The notes under the pieces are model-generated. The model was not told where the DNA came from. It did no database searches and saw only the letters and a program-made list of their open reading frames with translations. Below are positions 58,318-64,000 of a DNA stretch of 64,000 nucleotides, one piece after another; within the stretch, counting starts at the first letter, position 1; each line of letters starts with the position of its first letter. The translations under genes and the position numbers were made by a program. This DNA comes from Planctomycetota bacterium (lineage in GTDB: Bacteria > Planctomycetota > UBA8108 > SXIK01), in the NCBI GenBank assembly GCA_965223845.1, contig CBDCXR010000004.1, forward strand, positions 4,544,001 to 4,608,000, given 5' to 3'.

Positions 58318-59682
58318 ATGGCCGAAACGCCGAGTGACGACGACGCGCTTCAACCGCTTCGGGACGCCCTCGCGGCCACGCCCCGCAACGTACCGCTCAG
58401 GAAGCACGTCGCGCAGCTCCTAGTCCAGCGAGGTCGCCTCGACGAGGCGGAAGCTGAGTACCGCCGCGCGCTCGGGGATGCGCCGGACGACGAAGATCTC
58501 AAGCTGTGTCTCGTCGACGTCTTCCGGCGCCAGCAAAAGCTCGGCGAGGCGACGGTTCTCATCGAAACGATCGTCGACGGTCCGGCGCCGTCGCCGAAAG
58601 CACTGATCGTGCACGCTCGGATTCTCGCTGAGACGGGCGAAGGGGATCGCGCGGCCCGTCAGTACCGGCGAGCGGTCGAGGAGAACCCCGAGCTGGCGGA
58701 CCCTGCCCTCGCGCTCGAGCTCGGTGTTTACGCGGAAGACGACCCCGAGTGCGTCGTCGACACGCGGCTGCGCGCGGCGGTGGACGGTGGCGCGGCCCCG
58801 CTCTCGGATTCGGGGTTCGAGATCGAGACGTCCGAGCTGACGTTCAAAGACGTCGGGGGAATGGACGACCTCAAGGAGGAGATCTCGATGAAGATCATCC
58901 TCCCGCTCACGCAGCCGGAACTCTTCGAAGCGTACGGAAAGAAAACCGGCGGCGGTATCCTTCTCTACGGCCCGCCCGGATGCGGGAAAACGCATCTCGC
59001 GCGAGCGACCGCCGGCGAGGTCAAAGCGTCGTTCATCTCGGTCGGGATTCACGACGTCCTCGATATGTGGATCGGGGAGAGCGAACGGAAACTGCACGAG
59101 CTGTTCGAGCAGGCCCGCCGCCATACCCCGTGCGTACTTTTCTTCGACGAAGTCGACGCGCTCGCGGCCGCGCGCTCCGACATGCGCGGATCGGCCGGTC
59201 GGCAGCTGATCAATCAGTTCCTCTCTGAGCTCGACGGGTTCAAAACGGCAAACGACGGCCTGCTCATCCTCGGTGCGACCAACGCACCCTGGCATCTCGA
59301 TGCGGCGTTTCGGCGCCCAGGACGATTTGACCGTGTTCTCTTCGTACCGCCGCCCGACCGCGACGCCCGCGCCGCGATCGCGCAAATTCTCCTCGAGGGG
59401 AAGCCGCAGGAGGGCGTCGATGCGGACACTCTCGCGAAGAAGACCGAGGGCTTCTCGGGGGCCGATCTCAAGGCGGTCGTCGAGGCGACGGTCGAAGCGA
59501 AGCTGCGCGAAGCGATCAAGTCGAAGAAGGCCTCGCCGATCCGCACCAAGGACCTCGTAGCGGCGCTGAAATCTGTGAAGCCGACTACGCGCGAATGGTT
59601 TGCGACGGCGAAGAACTACGCGCTCTACTCGAACACCGGCGGCGCGTACGACGACATCCTCGCGTACTTGAAGCTGAAGTAG
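58318..59682 (+). CDS. TPR-domain AAA+ ATPase (single classical AAA module)
   Basis: N-terminal TPRs; FKDVGG; GPPGCGKT; MWIGESE; FFDEVD; ATNAPWHLDAAFRRPGRFD. Confidence 0.93.
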   Translation: MAETPSDDDALQPLRDALAATPRNVPLRKHVAQLLVQRGRLDEAEAEYRRALGDAPDDEDLKLCLVDVFRRQQKLGEATVLIETIVDGPAPSPKALIVHARILAETGEGDRAARQYRRAVEENPELADPALALELGVYAEDDPECVVDTRLRAAVDGGAAPLSDSGFEIETSELTFKDVGGMDDLKEEISMKIILPLTQPELFEAYGKKTGGGILLYGPPGCGKTHLARATAGEVKASFISVGIHDVLDMWIGESERKLHELFEQARRHTPCVLFFDEVDALAAARSDMRGSAGRQLINQFLSELDGFKTANDGLLILGATNAPWHLDAAFRRPGRFDRVLFVPPPDRDARAAIAQILLEGKPQEGVDADTLAKKTEGFSGADLKAVVEATVEAKLREAIKSKKASPIRTKDLVAALKSVKPTTREWFATAKNYALYSNTGGAYDDILAYLKLK

Positions 59683-59685
59683 TCG

Positions 59686-60921
59686 ATGAACCGAAACATC
59701 GAACGCGCGCAGCTCCTGCTTGAGCGTGGTCGTCCCGAGCTCGCCGAGAAGGAGGCCCGTACGGCTCTCATCGAAGATCCCGAGAGTCCGTACGCGCTCG
59801 CGATGCTCAGCCTCGCCCTCCTCGGGCAGGAGAAAAACGATGAGGCATACCGCACCGCGAAAACGGCGGTGAGCTCGGCTCCCGATTGGGACTACGGGCT
59901 CTTCGTCTTGTCGTCCGCCCTCCTCGGACTCGAGAGGCACGACGAGGCGCTCGACGCGATCGACCGGGCGCTCGAAATCGACCCCGAAGATGCCGACTTC
60001 TGGGCTCGGCGAGCGCATATTCTCATCCATCAGGAAAAGCTAGACGAGGCCCTCCTCGCAGCGAACAACGGCCTCGAGGTGGATCCGGAGGACGTGGATT
60101 GCGCGAACCTTCGCAGCCTGTGCCTTCAATCGCTCGGTCGAGTCCAAGAAGCGGGTGAAGCGGCGAAGCAAGCGCTGCGCTCCGATCCGGGCAGTGCGTT
60201 CGCGCACGCCAACAGCGGCTGGGCGTGTCTCCGGCGCGGCGATCACCGCCAGGCGGAGAAGCACTTTCGTGAGGCGCTTCGCCTCGAACCGGACTTCGAG
60301 TGGGCGCGCGAAGGGGTGATCACTTCGCTGAAGGCGCGAAGTCCGATCTACCGCGGGATGCTCAAGTACTTCTTCTGGATGTCGAATCTCGGAACGGCGA
60401 TGCAGTGGGTCGTCGTCATCGGAATCATCGTTGGGCGACGAGTTCTGCGCTCGATCTCCGAGAACCTCTCCGGTGTCCCTCAGTTCATAGTGATGGCGCT
60501 AGGGGTCGTCCTCGTCGCTTTCGTACTTCTCACGTGGATCGCCGATCCGCTCGCGAATTTCTTCCTGCTCGTCCATCCATTCGGTCGACTCGCGCTCCGC
60601 CGCCGCGAGCGAGCGGTGGCCTTGGTCGTCGGTGCGCTCCTACTGTCCGCGATCGGTCTCCTCTTCGGCTCGGCGGCGACGCTGGATCTGACGTGGGCAT
60701 ACGTTGCAGCGGGAGTCGCAGCCTACACGATTCCCGTCAGCTCGGGCTTCTCCGGCTCCTCGCGCACTCTCGCCATCGGCGCAGTGGCGATCGGAATCGT
60801 CGGTGTCGCCGCACTCGGTGCGTTCGTGGTCGGAAGTGAGCTCGCCGGACCGCTCACTTTGGTTTACATCTTGGCGGTACTCGCATTCACCTGGCTCGGC
60901 GGGGTCCCCGGGAGAGGGTAG
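59686..60921 (+). CDS. TPR-repeat integral membrane protein
   Basis: About 6 cytoplasmic TPRs followed by about 6 hydrophobic helices; starts 3 bp after the ATPase stop. Confidence 0.85.
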   Translation: MNRNIERAQLLLERGRPELAEKEARTALIEDPESPYALAMLSLALLGQEKNDEAYRTAKTAVSSAPDWDYGLFVLSSALLGLERHDEALDAIDRALEIDPEDADFWARRAHILIHQEKLDEALLAANNGLEVDPEDVDCANLRSLCLQSLGRVQEAGEAAKQALRSDPGSAFAHANSGWACLRRGDHRQAEKHFREALRLEPDFEWAREGVITSLKARSPIYRGMLKYFFWMSNLGTAMQWVVVIGIIVGRRVLRSISENLSGVPQFIVMALGVVLVAFVLLTWIADPLANFFLLVHPFGRLALRRRERAVALVVGALLLSAIGLLFGSAATLDLTWAYVAAGVAAYTIPVSSGFSGSSRTLAIGAVAIGIVGVAALGAFVVGSELAGPLTLVYILAVLAFTWLGGVPGRG

Positions 60922-60984
60922 ACCGATCTCGCGAGAGCACGATTGACCCAGCCGCGAACCCATCACCAACCGAGACACAGTTCT

Positions 60985-62256
60985 ATGAACCGCTTCACGC
61001 TGACGATCACCGTTCTCGCTCATCTCGGGCTTCACACGATATGTCTCGCCGCGGAGAACTGGCCGCGCTTTCGTGGTCCCACGGGACAGGGCGAGACATC
61101 CTCGACCGATCTCCCCACGAAATGGTCTGCGACAGAGAACATCGCGTGGAAGACGCCGATACCGGGCGACGGCTGGTCGTCGCCGATCGTCTACGGCGAC
61201 CGGATCTTCCTCACGTCGACGACGGACGACGGCGAGTCCTGCCGCGTGATTTGCATCGATCGAGCCGGCGGCGCGATCGTGTGGAACCGCGAGGTCTTTC
61301 GGCAGTCGCCCAAGAAGAAAGAGCGCGAGAATTCGTACGCGACGCCCACCCCGGTGACCGACGGAGAGCGAGTGTTCGCGGTGTTCGGAGACGGAAGCTT
61401 CGCGGCAGTGGACTACGAGGGGAAGACCGCATGGACCAATCGCGAAGCGAAGTTCTACAGCCAGCACGGCCTCGGAGCGTCTCCGATTCTCTATCGCGAT
61501 CTCCTCATCATGACGTTCGACGGGAGCCAAGAAACAGGCGAACTCCGAATCGGTTGGCAGCTCCCGTGGGACAAGTCCTACGTGATCGCGCTCGACAAGC
61601 GGACGGGCAAGGAGCGGTGGAAGACGCCGCGCGGGACGTCGCGGATCGCGCATCTGACTCCGGCCGTGCTGCGCGAGGAAGGACGCCCCGACCTTATCCT
61701 CAGCGCCGCGGGAGACGTCGTGCAGACGTTCGATCCGCGAAACGGCGCCATCGTGTGGACAGTTGACAGCAAGGGCGAAGGTGTCGTTCCGTCGCCGGTG
61801 ATCGGCGACGGCCTCGTGTTCACGATCAGCGGATTCATGAAACACCGCATTCGAACGATCCGGACGGGCGGGAAGGGGAACGTCACCGCGACGCACATCG
61901 AATGGGACGACAATCAAGCGGTGTCGCGAATTCCATCGATGATCTACAAGAAGCCGTATCTTTTCTCGATCACCGATCGGGGCGGGATTGCCGTGTGCCG
62001 GGAGGCTAAGACCGGCACCATCGTCTGGCGCGAGCGCATCGGCGGCGACTACTATCCCTCGCCGATTCTCTCGAGTGACAAGATCTACTTTCTCTCGCGG
62101 ACGGGGGAGACCGTCATCGTTCGCGCCGGGCCGAAGTTCGAGATCCTCGCTCGGAACTCGATCGACGAACCGTGCCAGGCGTCACCCGCGGTGTACGGCC
62201 GGCAGATCTTTGTCCGCTCGGAAAAGAACCTGTTCTGTATCGGTGAGTCCGACTGA
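60985..62256 (+). CDS. PQQ-like/BamB-like beta-propeller protein (planctomycete-expanded family)
   Basis: Signal peptide; ENWPRFRGP; WSATENIAWK; GWSSP; YATPTPVTDG; repeated TG...W blades. Confidence 0.88.
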   Translation: MNRFTLTITVLAHLGLHTICLAAENWPRFRGPTGQGETSSTDLPTKWSATENIAWKTPIPGDGWSSPIVYGDRIFLTSTTDDGESCRVICIDRAGGAIVWNREVFRQSPKKKERENSYATPTPVTDGERVFAVFGDGSFAAVDYEGKTAWTNREAKFYSQHGLGASPILYRDLLIMTFDGSQETGELRIGWQLPWDKSYVIALDKRTGKERWKTPRGTSRIAHLTPAVLREEGRPDLILSAAGDVVQTFDPRNGAIVWTVDSKGEGVVPSPVIGDGLVFTISGFMKHRIRTIRTGGKGNVTATHIEWDDNQAVSRIPSMIYKKPYLFSITDRGGIAVCREAKTGTIVWRERIGGDYYPSPILSSDKIYFLSRTGETVIVRAGPKFEILARNSIDEPCQASPAVYGRQIFVRSEKNLFCIGESD

Positions 62257-62576
62257 TCCTCGGCCCGCGATCGGTCGAGTCTTTTCTTTCTCACGGCGAG
62301 TGAGTTCAATGGCTCGATCTTTGTCCGGACCGAGTGAGCCCGTAGATCGGCCCGGATGCTTCCGCTGCATCACCGCGTAAGCGCGCTGGGTCCGAACCGC
62401 GCCCATCCGTTCGCTCGGATGGCGAAGCGAGGCGTACCCGCGTTCGCTAGGCGTATGTCGTAGTGAACCATCCGGACTCGCCCTTCGAGCGTGAGAGACG
62501 CGTGTTCCGCTGCACGCAACGGCTCGATGGGAGAGATCGCGCGGGGTCTCTCCTTTTCGAGATAGGAGCACGCCCG

Positions 62577-63905
62577 ATGAGAATCTCCCGCTCGCGACTC
62601 GCCGGAACCGCTGCCGCGCTCGTCGCCTTCTTCGCGTTCGCGTCTCCCGCATACGCGGCGGACGGCGAAATCAACGCCGGGGACACCGCGTGGATCATCG
62701 TCGCGACGACGCTGGTCCTTTTCATGAACATCCCGGCGCTCGCATTTTTCTACGGCGGGCTCGTTCGCACGAAGAACGTCCTCTCCGTCTTGATGCAGTG
62801 TCTCGCTCTCACTGCCGTGATCAGCATCGTGTGGCTCGTGTGCGGCTACTCGCTTTCGTTTGACTCGACGGGAATGGTCGAGGGCGAGACGGGGCTCCAT
62901 TCGTTCATCGGTGGCTTCGGGAAGGCATTTCTCAACGAGGTTACCGCCGATTCCGTGACCGGGACGATCCCGGAAGTCCTGTACTTCGCGTTTCAGATGA
63001 CCTTCGCCGTCATCACGCCCGGACTGATCGTCGGAGCGTTTGCCGAGCGGATGAAATTCTCCGCGATGCTCATCTTTTCCGTGCTGTGGGTTCTGCTCGT
63101 CTACAGTCCGATTTGCCACATGACCTGGGGAGGCGCAGGCGCTTTCTTCGCGGACATGGGCGTCTTCGATCACGCGGGCGGCATCGTGGTTCACATCACG
63201 GCGGGAGTCGCGGCGCTCGTCGCGTGCGTAATGATCGGGAAGCGTCGCGGCTATCCGAACGAACCGATGCCGCCGCACAACCTCACGATGACGTTCGCCG
63301 GCACCGCGATGCTCTGGGTCGGCTGGTTCGGCTTCAACGCCGGAAGCGGGCTCAAGGCCGACGGCGGCGCGGCGATGACACTCGTCGTCACCCACATCTC
63401 GGCGGCGACGGCGACGATGGTCTGGATCGTCATCGAGTGGATCAAGAACGGCAACCCGAGCCTCCTCGGCGCCGCGACCGGCGCGATCGCGGGACTCGCG
63501 GCCGTGACGCCGGCGTCCGGATTCATCGGCCCGGTCGGCGGACTCGTCATCGGGCTCGTCTCCGGAGTCCTCTGCTACTTCTTCGCGACGACGATCAAGA
63601 TGCGACTCGGCTACGACGACTCGCTCGACGTCTTCGGCGTCCACGGCATCGGCGGAATCGTCGGCACCCTGCTCGTCGCGATCTTCGCCGCGCCCTATTT
63701 CGGAGGAAACCAAACCGATCTCGCGATGGGATCTCAGTTCGGCGTCCAGCTCCTCGCGGTCGTCGTGACGATCGTCTACACGGTGATCGTGACGGCCGCA
63801 ATCCTCGTCGCCGTGAGGTCCACGGTCGGACTCCGCGTGAACGATGACGCCGAGAGTCGCGGACTCGATACGAGCCTCCACGAGGAGTCGGGGTACAACT
63901 TGTAA
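62577..63905 (+). CDS. amtB: Ammonium transporter
   Basis: AGGAG RBS; FYGGLVR; FQMTFA; AERM; AGGIVVH; GWFGFNAGS; DDSLDVFGVHG; GLD..LHEE. Confidence 0.96.
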   Translation: MRISRSRLAGTAAALVAFFAFASPAYAADGEINAGDTAWIIVATTLVLFMNIPALAFFYGGLVRTKNVLSVLMQCLALTAVISIVWLVCGYSLSFDSTGMVEGETGLHSFIGGFGKAFLNEVTADSVTGTIPEVLYFAFQMTFAVITPGLIVGAFAERMKFSAMLIFSVLWVLLVYSPICHMTWGGAGAFFADMGVFDHAGGIVVHITAGVAALVACVMIGKRRGYPNEPMPPHNLTMTFAGTAMLWVGWFGFNAGSGLKADGGAAMTLVVTHISAATATMVWIVIEWIKNGNPSLLGAATGAIAGLAAVTPASGFIGPVGGLVIGLVSGVLCYFFATTIKMRLGYDDSLDVFGVHGIGGIVGTLLVAIFAAPYFGGNQTDLAMGSQFGVQLLAVVVTIVYTVIVTAAILVAVRSTVGLRVNDDAESRGLDTSLHEESGYNL

Positions 63906-64000
63906 ACCGCGACGGCGGAAGAGAAACCGGCGACCGAATCCGCGGTCACGGTCCACGAAAGCCGCAGCATCGACCCGAACACGGCCCCACGAGCTCTTCG

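Noticed and set aside
62310-62324. Sigma-54 promoter before amtB (TGGCTCGATCTTTGT); similar near-miss at 56442 before the porin
   Set aside because: Both lack the invariant GC at -12 (GT and GA respectively).

Overview
GC-rich (~65% by eye), gene-dense bacterial chromosome segment, very likely from a planctomycete: it has three DUF1549/DUF1553-cytochrome + DUF1501 gene pairs, a sulfatase, a PQQ-like 'WPRFRGP' propeller, a BlaI/M56 pair and a RedB/RedC-like pair. I could recognise no rRNA, tRNA, CRISPR array, integrase or transposase. The window opens inside a giant surface protein (diheme cytochrome c module, PA14, 17 x 72-aa MBG-like repeats with a 1080-bp super-repeat, duplicated lectin-like C-terminus). 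It then carries a glycoside hydrolase, a PhoX-like phosphatase, an ECF sigma/zinc anti-sigma/AhpD/YHS redox module with matching divergent promoter motifs, a divergent sugar-nucleotidyltransferase-like gene, a hybrid kinase, a BNR propeller + ubiquitin-like MoaD pair, an ABC exporter, a K+ channel, a porin, a TPR-AAA ATPase + TPR-membrane protein pair and amtB. The best candidates for uncharacterised systems are the TPR-AAA/TPR-membrane pair, the DUF1553/DUF1501 triplet, the stalked cytochrome-lectin protein, the BNR-MoaD pair and a BlaR1-like sensor with SIMPL-like domains. All family assignments come from motif recognition by eye, not database searches.
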